From assembly GCA_963817525.1 (NCBI GenBank), contig CAWFOU010000001.1:256001-320000 (forward strand): a DNA stretch of 64,000 bases. The letters run 5' to 3'. This document shows, in pieces, positions 1 through 10,102 of this stretch; the first letter of the stretch is position 1; each line of letters starts with the position of its first letter. This stretch comes from an uncultured archaeon (GTDB lineage: Archaea; Thermoproteota; Nitrososphaeria; Nitrososphaerales; Gagatemarchaeaceae). Position numbers and translations under genes: made by a program. The notes beneath the pieces were generated by a model. It saw only the letters and a list, made by a program, of their open reading frames with translations, ran no database searches and was not told where the DNA came from.

Positions 1-922
1 GACGATAAGCATCGACGGGAAGCCTGTGACAGACCTGCCCCCTAGGGAAAGGGACCTCGCGATGGTCTTCCAGAGCTACGCGCTCTTCCCTCTGATGACG
101 ATACACGACAACATCGGCTTTCCTCTGAAGGTCCGCAACGTCCCAAAGGCCGAGATCGACGCGAGGGTGAACCAGGTCGCCGACCTCCTTGTCATCAAGC
201 ACCTCCTCGAGAAGAAGCCGGGTCAGCTCAGCGGAGGCGAGCAGCAAAGGGCGGCCCTGGGCAGGGCGATAGTGCGCCAGCCAAACGCACTCCTCATGGA
301 CGAGCCGCTCACCAGCCTCGACGCGCCGCTGAGGGCGCAGATGAGGACCGAGCTGAAAAGGATCAGGAGGGAGACCCAGATGACCGCAATCTACGTAACC
401 CACGACCAGGCGGAGGCGATGGCGCTCGCGGACATGATTGCCATCATGAGCGACGGGCACCTGATGCAGTACGGTCCCCCCCTTGAGGTCTACTCGAAAC
501 CCAATAACTCGTTCGTGGCCGGATTCGTGGGGAACCCGCCTACCAACATACTCAACGGGCGGTTCTCCGTGGCGGGCGGTGGAGGGACCATCAAGGTCGA
601 CCAGGCCGCCATCAATGTCGACGCCCCTTCAGCAAAGGTCATCACCGACAAGGTGGGCGACGGCGCAGAGGTGCTCGTGGGAGTGCGTCCTGAGGACATC
701 GACGTGCTCGCGTCAAAGAAGTCTGATTCAAGTCTGGAGATCGTGGTGGAGAGCATCGAACCTCTCGGTTCCAGCATAGTCATCAGCTCCCTGGTGGACG
801 ACAAGGTCTTCAGACTAGTCCTGCCGCCGGGGCAAGCGGTAGGGCCGGGCAACCACCTGTGGCTCGAATGGGCGCCGAACAAGATGCACATCTTCGAGAA
901 GAGCGGCGCCCTCCTCCTGTAG
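1..922 (+). CDS. Sugar ABC transporter ATP-binding subunit (MalK-like), 5'-truncated by the window edge
   Basis: AMVFQSYALFP, LSGGEQQR signature, LLMDEP Walker B, YVTHDQ H-loop and TOBE-like C-terminus. Walker A lies upstream of the window. Confidence 0.93.
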   Translation, partial: TISIDGKPVTDLPPRERDLAMVFQSYALFPLMTIHDNIGFPLKVRNVPKAEIDARVNQVADLLVIKHLLEKKPGQLSGGEQQRAALGRAIVRQPNALLMDEPLTSLDAPLRAQMRTELKRIRRETQMTAIYVTHDQAEAMALADMIAIMSDGHLMQYGPPLEVYSKPNNSFVAGFVGNPPTNILNGRFSVAGGGGTIKVDQAAINVDAPSAKVITDKVGDGAEVLVGVRPEDIDVLASKKSDSSLEIVVESIEPLGSSIVISSLVDDKVFRLVLPPGQAVGPGNHLWLEWAPNKMHIFEKSGALLL

Positions 923-1187
923 ATTATCGGCCACCGAGGACGCGTGACGATTCGGCGGTCTTTCTTTTTTGGCGCGCAGAAAAAATGAAATTAATTTTCC
1001 GCCGCGAGAGGTGTCGTTCTTGCGAACACGGGCTCCCCGCGGTCGCCAAACATACATCGACTCTCCGGACATCGACGTCTTTTCTTCCTAACTATCGCCG
1101 AAGTCTTATGATGACGATTTTCGGACCTCGTCGGCGTGAAGGCTTTAAATAAGTCTGGAGTTCACATATAGACGAGGTTTCTGGTTT

Positions 1188-1706
1188 ATGGTAAAGCGAA
1201 GCGCTGTTGCAAAGGCTACCGCTATCGGCGTGTTGGCGGTTCTAATAATCGCGGGTGCGGTCGGGATCTACTACTACACCGCCGCGCCGGGAACGACCAC
1301 CACCGCAGCTAGCAGCAATTCGTCATCGACGAACACTTCGAGCAACTCCCAAACCGGGAGCACCACGTCCGAGACGGGCCCCGCCGGCGGCACCTGCCAA
1401 AGGAACGCGGCGGGACAGTGCGTCACGCCCGAGGGTGCTTGGGCCGACTACCTCGGCTACATCCCATCCGGCTACACGCTCGCGCCGCACTTCCCTAACG
1501 CGCCTACCTACCCATGCCCATCAGGAATGGACGCGACTGAGTGCGCGGTCTTCCAGCAATCGTGCGGAAACGGCGTCTGCGACCCCAACGAGTCCTGCGC
1601 GTCTTGCCCGATTGACTGCGGGATCGCCGGTCAGCTCACATGCGACCCGTACACGGGACGACCCGGAGCACCCATCAGCGTGTGCCAGGTCGGCGAAGTC
1701 GAGTAA
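1188..1706 (+). CDS. Membrane-anchored/secreted Cys-rich protein
   Basis: Basic N-terminus plus hydrophobic helix, Ser/Thr linker, 11 Cys including CGNGVCDPNESCASCPIDC. TTTAAATA box at about 1144-1151. Confidence 0.75.
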   Translation: MVKRSAVAKATAIGVLAVLIIAGAVGIYYYTAAPGTTTTAASSNSSSTNTSSNSQTGSTTSETGPAGGTCQRNAAGQCVTPEGAWADYLGYIPSGYTLAPHFPNAPTYPCPSGMDATECAVFQQSCGNGVCDPNESCASCPIDCGIAGQLTCDPYTGRPGAPISVCQVGEVE

Positions 1707-1798
1707 GCCGCCCGTAACGAGACCTTCTCGTTTGAGCCTTCTGCCCCGTCCTTCCGCCGCGTTGGCTTTTAGAGCGAGCTAACGACCGGGACGGGGCC

Positions 1799-2647
1799 TT
1801 GACCTCCACCTCATTCGCGAGCCAGTTCAAGCAGTTCCTGACCATTGTCTCGAGGTCGGGCGTTACAGACGGCCCGCGCATAGTCGTCCGCGAGCTAGGG
1901 GTCAGCACGCGCGAGTCCGTGGTCTATCCTAGGCTCGGACGGAGGTTCGTGGTCGAGTTCGACCCCGTCTGGAGGTGGATAGGCAAGGGCGTAAGGGAGC
2001 CCGGAGTCTTGAAGTTCGCTCAGGAACGCATCGGCAGGGGGAGCACCGTCTTCGACGTCGGGGCGCACGTGGGCGAGTGGACGCTCCTCTTCTCGCAGCT
2101 GGTGGGAGAGGAGGGAAAGGTCGTGGCCTTCGAGCCCGACCCGGTCGCCCGCGCCTCCCTGAAGAGGAACATCTCGATGAACGGAGTGTCGAACGTCAGG
2201 GTCGAGGACAAGTGCGTCAGCGACAAGACGGGCAAGGCGTTGCTCGGGGCGGAGAGGTTCGGGAGCGGACTTTCGTCCATCGTGCATCAGGAAGCTAGCG
2301 GCGCGCGCCACAACCAGATAGAGGTGGACTCGACGACCCTCGACGAGTACTGCGAAGAGCGTGACCTCTCCCCCGACTGGGTGAAGATAGACGCGGAGGG
2401 CGCGGAGCCTCTGATCGTGCGGGGGATGCAGCGCCTCATCGGGAGCGGGCACCCCCAGGCGATTCTGGAGTTCCACTCCGACTCCCTGACCGACGCAGAG
2501 AGGACCGCGGCCTGGGCGACCGTCACTGACGGAGCGACCAGCGTCGAGTTCCTGCAGAGCAGGCTGAAGAACCACGCCTACCTCGAGAGGCTCTACGACG
2601 GATATGTCCCCGACTGTGGGTTCTTGGTAGTCCATGTGAGGTACTGA
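1799..2647 (+). CDS. FkbM-family SAM-dependent methyltransferase
   Basis: VFDVGAHVG, VVAFEPDP and VKIDAEGAE motifs. Confidence 0.9.
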   Translation: MTSTSFASQFKQFLTIVSRSGVTDGPRIVVRELGVSTRESVVYPRLGRRFVVEFDPVWRWIGKGVREPGVLKFAQERIGRGSTVFDVGAHVGEWTLLFSQLVGEEGKVVAFEPDPVARASLKRNISMNGVSNVRVEDKCVSDKTGKALLGAERFGSGLSSIVHQEASGARHNQIEVDSTTLDEYCEERDLSPDWVKIDAEGAEPLIVRGMQRLIGSGHPQAILEFHSDSLTDAERTAAWATVTDGATSVEFLQSRLKNHAYLERLYDGYVPDCGFLVVHVRY

Positions 2648-2713
2648 GAGGGAATACTTTCACTCTCCCCCACGCTACGCTTTTAAGCCCGCGGACGGCC
2701 GTTTGAACTCATC

Positions 2714-3736
2714 TTGGTTGAAGCGGAGACGGAGGAAGTCGAAGAAATAAGCGAGGAGATGGACGTCACGAGCCTGCCCGGCGTGGGGCCGGCTACGAAG
2801 ACAAAGCTGAACGACGCTGGTATTTTCACGATACTCGACCTCGCGACGGCGGGGCCTGCCGACATCGCGGACGCGACCGACGTCGACATCACAAAGGCGG
2901 TCGACCTTAACAACAAGGCCAGGAAGAAGCTCGTGGAGATCGGGCGGCTAGAGCCCGACTTCATCAGCGCCTCCGACCTCCTGACCAGGCGCAGGAACAT
3001 CAGCCGCCTCTCGACGGGCTCGAAGAACTTAGACGAGCTACTCGCCGGAGGGATCGAGACTTGGGCGATGACCGAGTTCTACGGGGAGTTCGGCTCAGGC
3101 AAGACGCAGATCTGCCACACGCTCTGCGCCATGGTGCAGCTCCCCAACGACCAGGGAGGGCTCGACGGAGGGGCGGTATACATCGACACCGAGGGGACGT
3201 TCAGGCCAGAGAGGCTGGCGCAGATCGCCGAGGCGAGGGGGATGGACCCGGAGGCGGTCCTCGCGAAGGTCATGGTCGCCAGGGCGTACAACAGCGCCCA
3301 TCAGGAGCTCATCGCCAAGGACCTGGGGCGGATCATCGAGAAGAACAAGATCAAGCTCGTCATCGTGGACAGCGCGGTCGCCCACTACCGGGCGGAGTTC
3401 TTGGGGAGGGGGACGCTGGCCGAGAGGCAGCAGAGGCTCAACCGGTTCATGCACCAGCTCCTAAGGACCGCGGAGATCTACAACATCGCGATAATCCTGA
3501 CCAACCAGGTGCAGTCGGCACCCGACAGCTTCTTCGGCGACCCGACGAGGGCGACGGGAGGGCACGTCGTGGCGCACACGAGCACCTACCGCATCTACCT
3601 GCGCAAGGCCGGGAAGAACCGCATCGCGAGGATGATCGACAGCCCCTACCACCCTGAGAGGGACGCGGTCTTCATGCTCGACGAGAAGGGGGTAGACGAC
3701 CCGCCTGAGGAAGGCTCGCGCTCGAAGAGAAGCTGA
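2714..3736 (+). CDS. radA: DNA repair and recombination protein RadA
   Basis: N-terminal HhH (LPGVGP), GEFGSGKTQ Walker A, YIDTEGTFRPER, GRGTLAERQQ and GGHVVAH. Confidence 0.97.
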   Translation: MVEAETEEVEEISEEMDVTSLPGVGPATKTKLNDAGIFTILDLATAGPADIADATDVDITKAVDLNNKARKKLVEIGRLEPDFISASDLLTRRRNISRLSTGSKNLDELLAGGIETWAMTEFYGEFGSGKTQICHTLCAMVQLPNDQGGLDGGAVYIDTEGTFRPERLAQIAEARGMDPEAVLAKVMVARAYNSAHQELIAKDLGRIIEKNKIKLVIVDSAVAHYRAEFLGRGTLAERQQRLNRFMHQLLRTAEIYNIAIILTNQVQSAPDSFFGDPTRATGGHVVAHTSTYRIYLRKAGKNRIARMIDSPYHPERDAVFMLDEKGVDDPPEEGSRSKRS

Positions 3737-3784
3737 GCGCTAGCAACGGTTTAATATCGTTGGTTGTCGGCGTGGAGAGTCTTC

Positions 3785-6538
3785 ATGAAGTCACGGTCAT
3801 TGTTAATTTTCTTACTAATTCTCTCCCTAGCGGTGCTGCCGAGCTTCCAGCTCGCCTTCGCCGCGAGCTCGTCGTCGAGCTCCTCCTCCTCGTCGACAAC
3901 CACGACCAGCACTACCTCTGCCCCTAAGCCTCCCTACTCGGAGAAGCTGGCCGTGTACACCGCGGGCGGCTTCGACTATTGGCAGGTCACCCTCAGTCCC
4001 GTCAACGCCTCGAGGGCAGGGATAGTGGCCGCGGAGTCGGTGTCGGGCGTGAACGCGTACGAGCTCACGGCGATAGCAGGCTCCGCAGCGGTGACCGGGT
4101 CGTCTCTCTTCTATCCAGGGGCCTACAACGTGATCCCCCTGCCATTCATCCCGTACTCAGGCGTGTTCCTCAACGTGACGGCCACGAGCCAGTCCGCAGC
4201 CTCCTCGGCAGCCTCTGACTTTGCGTCCACCCTGGGAGTGAACTTCCAGCTGCTCGGTTCGAGCGGGAACAACTATACCTTCTACAGCACGGCCAACTTC
4301 AACACCGCGGGGGAGACCGTCTTCAGCTCCGTCCCCACGAGCAACGGAGGGATGGCGGCGATAGCCACAGAGTCCTCCCTCGCCGCCGACCCGACCCCCA
4401 CTGCGATCCTCACGGGCGTCCGCAACGGCACGTCGTTCTCCCACACGGTGTCCTTCGGCTCGACCGAGACCGGCGCTGTCAGCACCACCAACAACACCCT
4501 CCTCCTGGAGGACGCGCTGTCCCTCCAGAACGACTCGTTCGTCACGTCGCCAGACGCCACCTCCTCACACTTCATCGTCCACTCGCTCGACGGTCTGATC
4601 AAGTCACCAGACAACGCGACTGTGACCAACAACGTGGCGAACTACAGCGCGTCCTACTCGATCAGCATCCCGGCCGGGACGAAGTTCAGGCCGAACGTGA
4701 CCCTCCTCCAGAACCCGCCCGTCCTGACGGCCACCCGGACGGTGAGCACGGGCTCAGCGTCGTCGGGAGGCCTGATATCGGTGACCCTGAGCCTCGACAA
4801 CTCTGCCGACAATGGGACCATCTCCAACGTATCGGTCAACGACAGCTGGTACACCGCGTATCCCTCGCTCTTCTCGCTCAACGCAGGTAACTCGAGCTTC
4901 ACCCTTCCCTCCCCCGCCTTGGCCCCCGGGCAGAACGTCTCGAGGGCGTACGTCCTGAAGGTCGATTCCTCCGCGAGCGAGGACATCATCGTCCCCGCGG
5001 TCACCGTCTCCTACTCGTACACGTTCGGCAACGTGACGGTCAACCTCTCAACGCAGACGAACCAGGTGGAGATCCGCACCAACGACCCGGGTCCCGCCAT
5101 AGAGGTCCGCGCGGGAAGCAGCATCACATCCGGGTCCTCGGTCGGCAAGCCGGGCAACTGGGTCGTGACGGTCGAGAACACAGGCGACGACCCCGCGCTC
5201 AACCTGAACGTCATGAACTTCTCCAACCCGACCCTGACGCCCGGGGGAATCTGGAAGGTCAACATGTCGCTCCCGCTCACGAGCATCGCAAACCGGAACC
5301 TGAGCCAGATCTTCAACGTGGGCTGGACAGCCCCTGACGGCAGCAAGGCCACCATCCTCTCGAACCCGGCGACGGTCGTACTCAACCACGGGAACCTCCT
5401 AATCCCGGTGATGGAGTTCAAGCTTGCCGCGAACCTTACCGCCCAAGACGTCTCGCTGGGGAGCGTCAACGCCAGCTACACGCTCTCAAACAAGGGCTCG
5501 ACCGCCGCTCCGTTCGTCAGCGTGAGCCAAGCGCTCCCGGCAGGCATGGCCTGCAAGAGCGCGACGGGCAACGGCACCTGCAGTTCCTCCGGGTTCTCTC
5601 TCAACGCCTCCTCGATAGCGGGGTTCGCGAGCGTCAACGGGAGCGTGACCCTCACCTTCACCCACCAGAACTTCGTGCCTCCCGCCGCCATCGTCACGGC
5701 CACGGTCGGCACGCTCAGGCTCCAGACCCTCGGATCTGAGCTCCCCATCGCAGCGGGCGTGGGCGTGACCAAGGCCTTCGCGCCCACGGCCGTGTTCCAG
5801 GGGCAGGACGACAACGTGACCGTTAGGGCCACGAACCAGGGCTCCCTTCCGGTCTACAACCTGACCCTGACGACCAGCGCCGACCCGTTCGACACGGCCG
5901 TCTCCGGGTCCCTCAACCAGGAGTACCCCACCCTGACGTCGAACGCATCCCAGTCCCTGAATTACACCGTGAAGATGATCTCCCCCGGCAACCACTCGAG
6001 CTCGTCGACGACCCTCTCCTACGTCTTCGCTGGCGTAGCCGTCCAGTACCCTGTGAGCTCCGGGAGCGTCCTGGTTTACAAGGACGTCGAGGCCACGACC
6101 TACCAGGCCTCGACCCCCACAGAGGGCCACGACTTTGCCCTCGACTTGAACGTCACCAACCCGTCGCCTGTCGCCGTCACCGGCGTGTCGTACTCCCTCA
6201 CGATCCCTCAAGGCATCACCATCGTGAGCTACCCTGCGGGGGTCCAGGCGCAGGGACGGACCCTGACCTTCTCCCTCCCGTCCCTGGCGGCGGGGGCCAC
6301 TTCGACGAGCACGGTCACGCTGAGGGGCGACTTTGACGGGACCTTCAACCCAGGCGCAGCCTCGGTGACCTTCCACTATCTCGGGGCGACCCTCACGGGC
6401 GTGGTCACCGCGGCGACCATCCTCGTCGGGGTCGACGCGCTGCTCCGCTACGAGCTTCCCATAGGGCTGGCCGTCGTCCTGACCCTGCTGGTCGCGGTCT
6501 ATATGCACAGGAAGCTCGCAGTCCCACAACCAAAGTGA
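3785..6538 (+). CDS. Large secreted Ser/Thr-rich surface (S-layer-like) glycoprotein with Ig-like repeats and a C-terminal TM anchor
   Basis: Signal peptide, poly-Ser/Thr tract, many N-x-S/T sequons, repeated beta-rich 'VTVxNxG' modules, C-terminal hydrophobic helix with basic tail. Confidence 0.75.
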   Translation: MKSRSLLIFLLILSLAVLPSFQLAFAASSSSSSSSSSTTTTSTTSAPKPPYSEKLAVYTAGGFDYWQVTLSPVNASRAGIVAAESVSGVNAYELTAIAGSAAVTGSSLFYPGAYNVIPLPFIPYSGVFLNVTATSQSAASSAASDFASTLGVNFQLLGSSGNNYTFYSTANFNTAGETVFSSVPTSNGGMAAIATESSLAADPTPTAILTGVRNGTSFSHTVSFGSTETGAVSTTNNTLLLEDALSLQNDSFVTSPDATSSHFIVHSLDGLIKSPDNATVTNNVANYSASYSISIPAGTKFRPNVTLLQNPPVLTATRTVSTGSASSGGLISVTLSLDNSADNGTISNVSVNDSWYTAYPSLFSLNAGNSSFTLPSPALAPGQNVSRAYVLKVDSSASEDIIVPAVTVSYSYTFGNVTVNLSTQTNQVEIRTNDPGPAIEVRAGSSITSGSSVGKPGNWVVTVENTGDDPALNLNVMNFSNPTLTPGGIWKVNMSLPLTSIANRNLSQIFNVGWTAPDGSKATILSNPATVVLNHGNLLIPVMEFKLAANLTAQDVSLGSVNASYTLSNKGSTAAPFVSVSQALPAGMACKSATGNGTCSSSGFSLNASSIAGFASVNGSVTLTFTHQNFVPPAAIVTATVGTLRLQTLGSELPIAAGVGVTKAFAPTAVFQGQDDNVTVRATNQGSLPVYNLTLTTSADPFDTAVSGSLNQEYPTLTSNASQSLNYTVKMISPGNHSSSSTTLSYVFAGVAVQYPVSSGSVLVYKDVEATTYQASTPTEGHDFALDLNVTNPSPVAVTGVSYSLTIPQGITIVSYPAGVQAQGRTLTFSLPSLAAGATSTSTVTLRGDFDGTFNPGAASVTFHYLGATLTGVVTAATILVGVDALLRYELPIGLAVVLTLLVAVYMHRKLAVPQPK

Positions 6539-6545
6539 CCAACAA

Positions 6546-7046
6546 GTGGTTGACGCGAGACCGGCTGGCCGCCAGCAGCAGCCGTCCTCCGCCAACAGGC
6601 AGCAGCGCTGGGAGGAGAGGTCGGCAGGCGCAGTCGTCTTCAGGCTAGAGTCGGGTTCTCCGCGCTACCTGCTGCTGAAGTACCCCGCAGGCCACTGGGA
6701 CCTCCCAAAGGGGAACATAGAGCAGGGCGAGGAGCCCCTCCAGACCATGGTAAGGGAGGTCAGGGAGGAGACCGGGATAACCGACCTCAGCGTGATACCC
6801 GGCTACGAGAAGAAGATAGAGTATTTTTACAGGAGGGACGGGAAGAAGGTGCACAAGACCGTGGTCTTCTTCCTCGCCCAGACCTCGACCGAGAAGGTGA
6901 CCATATCCTTCGAGCACCAGAGCTATGGCTGGTTCGACCTTCCCGAAGCCCTGAAGAGGGTGACCTATCCCAACGCGAGGCGGCTCATCAAGGAGAGCGA
7001 GGCCTTGACGGGCCTAAAGGGGCCTGACCCTAAGCGGGCCGCTTGA
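6546..7046 (+). CDS. NUDIX hydrolase (Ap4A hydrolase-like)
   Basis: SAGAVVF, HWDLPKG and Nudix box GEEPLQTMVREVREETG. Confidence 0.9.
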   Translation: MVDARPAGRQQQPSSANRQQRWEERSAGAVVFRLESGSPRYLLLKYPAGHWDLPKGNIEQGEEPLQTMVREVREETGITDLSVIPGYEKKIEYFYRRDGKKVHKTVVFFLAQTSTEKVTISFEHQSYGWFDLPEALKRVTYPNARRLIKESEALTGLKGPDPKRAA

Positions 7047-8115
7047 CCCACTGGGCGACCCTGTCCATCGCCACTTCGTCGGGGAAGGACACGGGGGGGT
7101 GCTTCATCAGCCACGCGCTCGCCTCGATGAGCGGTCCTCCCACCTTCCTGTCCATGGCCGTCTTGCAGTACCTGATGGCGTCGACGACGACCCCCGCAGA
7201 GTTCGCCTTGTCGTCCACCTCCAGGCGCATCTCCATGTTGAACGGGATTCCCGGGAACATGGTCCCCTCTATCCTGATGAACGCGAGCTTGGTGTTCCCG
7301 AGGTACGGGATGAAGTCGCTCGGCCCAACGTAGATCCTGTCGCTGGGGAGGCGGTGCGCCAGCTGGCTCTGGACCGCCTCGGTCTTCGAGATCCTCTTGG
7401 ACTCTAGGCGCTGCTGCTCCTTCATGTTGAGGAAGTCTGTGTTGCCCCCCACGTTGATCTGGTACGTCTTGTCGACCCTGACCGACCTGTCCGAGCAGAG
7501 CCTCGCGAGCGTCCTGTGGACTATGGTCGCCCCGACTACCCCCTTCACGTCGTCCCCGATTATCGGGACCTTGGCCTTTGAGAACCTGTCCGCCCACCCC
7601 TTGGTAGAGGCTATGAAAACCGGTATGCAGTTGACGAAACCGACCCCGGCCTCGAGCGCCACCTCCGCCCAGAACTCGGTCGCCTTCTGGCTCCCCACGG
7701 GCAGGTAGTTCACCAGCAGCTGGGTCTGCGTCCTCTTTAGCTCGTCCAGCGCGTCCTCCTTGATCTTGGAGATCGATTTGCTGGCCTTCATCGGCTTGAT
7801 CTTCTGCTCCACGTATAGCCCCACGCCGTCGAGGGTGGGCGACTCCCTCACGATTTCGTCGCAGCCGGTGACCTTGTCGGTCCACCTCACCATGTTGGGC
7901 TCGAGGTAGATCGCCTTGGAGAGGGGCTTCCCGACCTTGTTCGCCCCTACGTCGAAGGCACTCACAAAGTCGATGTCCTCGATCCTGTACGCCCCCACCT
8001 TGGCGTTCCCGAGGGCCTTCGCGTCCTTGTCCCCGCTCTTGCAGAGCTCGATCCCCTGGATTATCCCGGAGGCGCAGTTCCCCACTCCCACGATTCCCGC
8101 GCGTATCTTCGGCAA
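7030..8115 (-). CDS. ino1: Myo-inositol-1-phosphate synthase
   Basis: IVGVGNCAS, NYLPVGS, IIGDDVK, GGNTDFLN, SKRISKT and DKANSAG motifs. Confidence 0.95.
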   Translation of the reverse strand: MPKIRAGIVGVGNCASGIIQGIELCKSGDKDAKALGNAKVGAYRIEDIDFVSAFDVGANKVGKPLSKAIYLEPNMVRWTDKVTGCDEIVRESPTLDGVGLYVEQKIKPMKASKSISKIKEDALDELKRTQTQLLVNYLPVGSQKATEFWAEVALEAGVGFVNCIPVFIASTKGWADRFSKAKVPIIGDDVKGVVGATIVHRTLARLCSDRSVRVDKTYQINVGGNTDFLNMKEQQRLESKRISKTEAVQSQLAHRLPSDRIYVGPSDFIPYLGNTKLAFIRIEGTMFPGIPFNMEMRLEVDDKANSAGVVVDAIRYCKTAMDRKVGGPLIEASAWLMKHPPVSFPDEVAMDRVAQWVKRPA

Positions 8116-8180
8116 ATCTGATTCGTCCAGCCGACCTGACGCGTGATTATAAACTGCTTCTTCGCGCGCGAACCCAGGGG

Positions 8181-8924
8181 CTACCCGCGCCGCCGCCCGA
8201 GCTCGAGGTTCATCGCCTCGACCGCCCTCACCGGGTCCTTGGCCTCGACTATCGACCTCCCCACTATGAGGTAGTCGGACCCGGCCCGGACGGCCTTCCT
8301 CGCGTCCCCGCCCTGGAATCCCACACCCGGGCTTAGTATCGCCTGCTCCTTTCGGAGGATGGACCGCACCTCACGGATGATCGACGGGGACTTTGACGAG
8401 ACCACAACCCCGTCCGCGCCCCACCTCCTGGCCTTCCTCGCGAACCCGAGGTACATGGGCTCGCTTCGGACCCTTAGGCCGTACCCTTCCCGGGCGCCGG
8501 CGTGGCTCATGTAGACGAGCAGGATGACGCCCTTCCCCATCTCTCGGCTCTTGTTCATCAGGTCCTCGATCCCCTCCCTGTACCCGACGAAGGGGTTGGC
8601 GATGAGCGCGTCGAACCCATTGGAGAACAGCGTCCCGGCCGCCTCGACGTTGGTCGAGCCTATGTCGTTGAGCTTCATGTCCGCGATCACCGGGAGCCGT
8701 GCGTCTCGGCAGGCTCCGACGAGCTCACCGAGGCCGAGCACGCCGAAAGGGAGGAGCAGGTGCCAGTTGACCTTGACCGCGACGACCCTCTCCCGCAGCG
8801 CGCGGACTAGCGATGCGGCCCTTCTCTGTCTGCCTTCGTATGCGCCGCCGACGTCGGCCGCTAGGATGATTCTGCTGCCTGACTTGCGGGAGTTTGACTC
8901 GAGCCAATCCCGCAGGTGGCTCAC
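8181..8924 (-). CDS. pyrF: Orotidine 5'-phosphate decarboxylase
   Basis: IILAAD, VIADMKLNDIGST (DxKxxDIxxT), SPGVGFQGG and IVGRSI. Confidence 0.93.
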   Translation of the reverse strand: MSHLRDWLESNSRKSGSRIILAADVGGAYEGRQRRAASLVRALRERVVAVKVNWHLLLPFGVLGLGELVGACRDARLPVIADMKLNDIGSTNVEAAGTLFSNGFDALIANPFVGYREGIEDLMNKSREMGKGVILLVYMSHAGAREGYGLRVRSEPMYLGFARKARRWGADGVVVSSKSPSIIREVRSILRKEQAILSPGVGFQGGDARKAVRAGSDYLIVGRSIVEAKDPVRAVEAMNLELGRRRG

Positions 8925-9622
8925 TTGAACTCCACCAGGGGGTGCTTTTCCTTCAACTTGACGACCTTCACGTATATCGAGCCGTGCTCGTCTATCCTCT
9001 TGCTGAAGTCCGTGTCCCCGAGCTTGGCGGCGGAGTACCTGACGAACCCCGACGGCGGCTCCTTGTCCAGCCTGGCGTAGAAGAACAGGGAGGCCTCCTC
9101 AAAGTCGTCGAGCCTTGCGAAGCACCCCGCGATCCAGCTGGCCCCGTTCTTGAAGGTGTAGAGCGGGAGGGGGGGCTCCTCATAGAGCATCTTGTACGAG
9201 GCTATCTTCATCAGGTTCGCGAGGTCTGACACCTGCGCAGCGAGGAACCTCGCCTTGAAGCCGTGCCGCTTCTCCAGGACACGCGGGAGCTTCAAGACGT
9301 GGACTACGGGGGCGTACATGTAGGACGGGTTGAGCGCGGCGTCCACAAGGTGCGCCTCCTCGACCTCCCCGGAGCTCTTGTAGGCGAGGAACTCGCCCCC
9401 CTTCTCTACCTCGACGTGGTAGAATATGGGTATCCCCATGAAGAGGTCGGTCTGGACGGCCAGCCTATACTTGGTCCCCTCCTTCGACATGAATATCGGG
9501 AAGGGCGCCCTTTCGAACGCGCAGGAGAGTCGCGCAAGGTCTGTGAGGCTCTCAAGCTCGACGAAGCACGCACCCACGATCCTTCTGGGCGCAACGCCCT
9601 CGCCTCTAGGCTTTGCAGACAA
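8921..9622 (-). CDS. Conserved hypothetical protein with an apparent internal two-domain repeat
   Basis: Coding-like composition, 4-bp overlap with pyrF, internal similarity (ESLTDLARL / SDLANLMKI). TTG start at 9622 is inferred. Confidence 0.7.
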   Translation of the reverse strand: MSAKPRGEGVAPRRIVGACFVELESLTDLARLSCAFERAPFPIFMSKEGTKYRLAVQTDLFMGIPIFYHVEVEKGGEFLAYKSSGEVEEAHLVDAALNPSYMYAPVVHVLKLPRVLEKRHGFKARFLAAQVSDLANLMKIASYKMLYEEPPLPLYTFKNGASWIAGCFARLDDFEEASLFFYARLDKEPPSGFVRYSAAKLGDTDFSKRIDEHGSIYVKVVKLKEKHPLVEFK

Positions 9623-9720
9623 ACTTAGCGCTCGCAAATCCTGCTCTTTAATAATGTTCGCAATTCCGAGGCGCTCGGTATTCGAGTCTGCGCACCGACG
9701 CCGCCGATAGGGACGAGAGG

Positions 9721-10098
9721 GTGGGGGAGGCCGACCGCGAAAGATATCGGCGCGAGGTGCTCTCCCTCGCGGGGAGGCTCGAAGCGCCTGACGCCGAGAC
9801 GGAGGACACCGTCTGGCAGGTGTACGCGGCCACAGAGAAGCTGATCGCAGTCCTGAAGTTTCGGCTGGACTATGAGACCCCCGGGGTCTTCGCGAAGCTT
9901 CCTGACGCCGGTCCCCCGGCAAAGCTCGTTGAGGATGCCAGAGGGCTCCTTTCAAAGGCAGCCGAAGAGATCGGGCAGGGAAGCCTGGTCAGGTCCATCG
10001 AGACCCTCAGGAAGGCCAGGAACAACCTCAGGCGCTACCTGGTCGACAAGAAGAGACCGAGGTCCAGGACGGGCCCTCGAGGCGACGCTCCCGCTTGA
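9721..10098 (+). CDS. Hypothetical helical protein
   Basis: 125-aa ORF with genome-typical codon use, divergent from the 9622 gene. Confidence 0.65.
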   Translation: MGEADRERYRREVLSLAGRLEAPDAETEDTVWQVYAATEKLIAVLKFRLDYETPGVFAKLPDAGPPAKLVEDARGLLSKAAEEIGQGSLVRSIETLRKARNNLRRYLVDKKRPRSRTGPRGDAPA

Positions 10099-10102
10099 AT
10101 CG

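Noticed and set aside
953-1005. Imperfect hairpin with T-rich and A-rich arms after the ABC ATPase gene
   Set aside because: Probably an ordinary terminator region; too weak to call as a feature.
5486-6595. Long antisense and alternate-frame ORFs here and throughout (e.g. 12062-13360, 44188-45735, 59249-60451)
   Set aside because: Shadow ORFs expected from high GC3, lying opposite well-supported genes.
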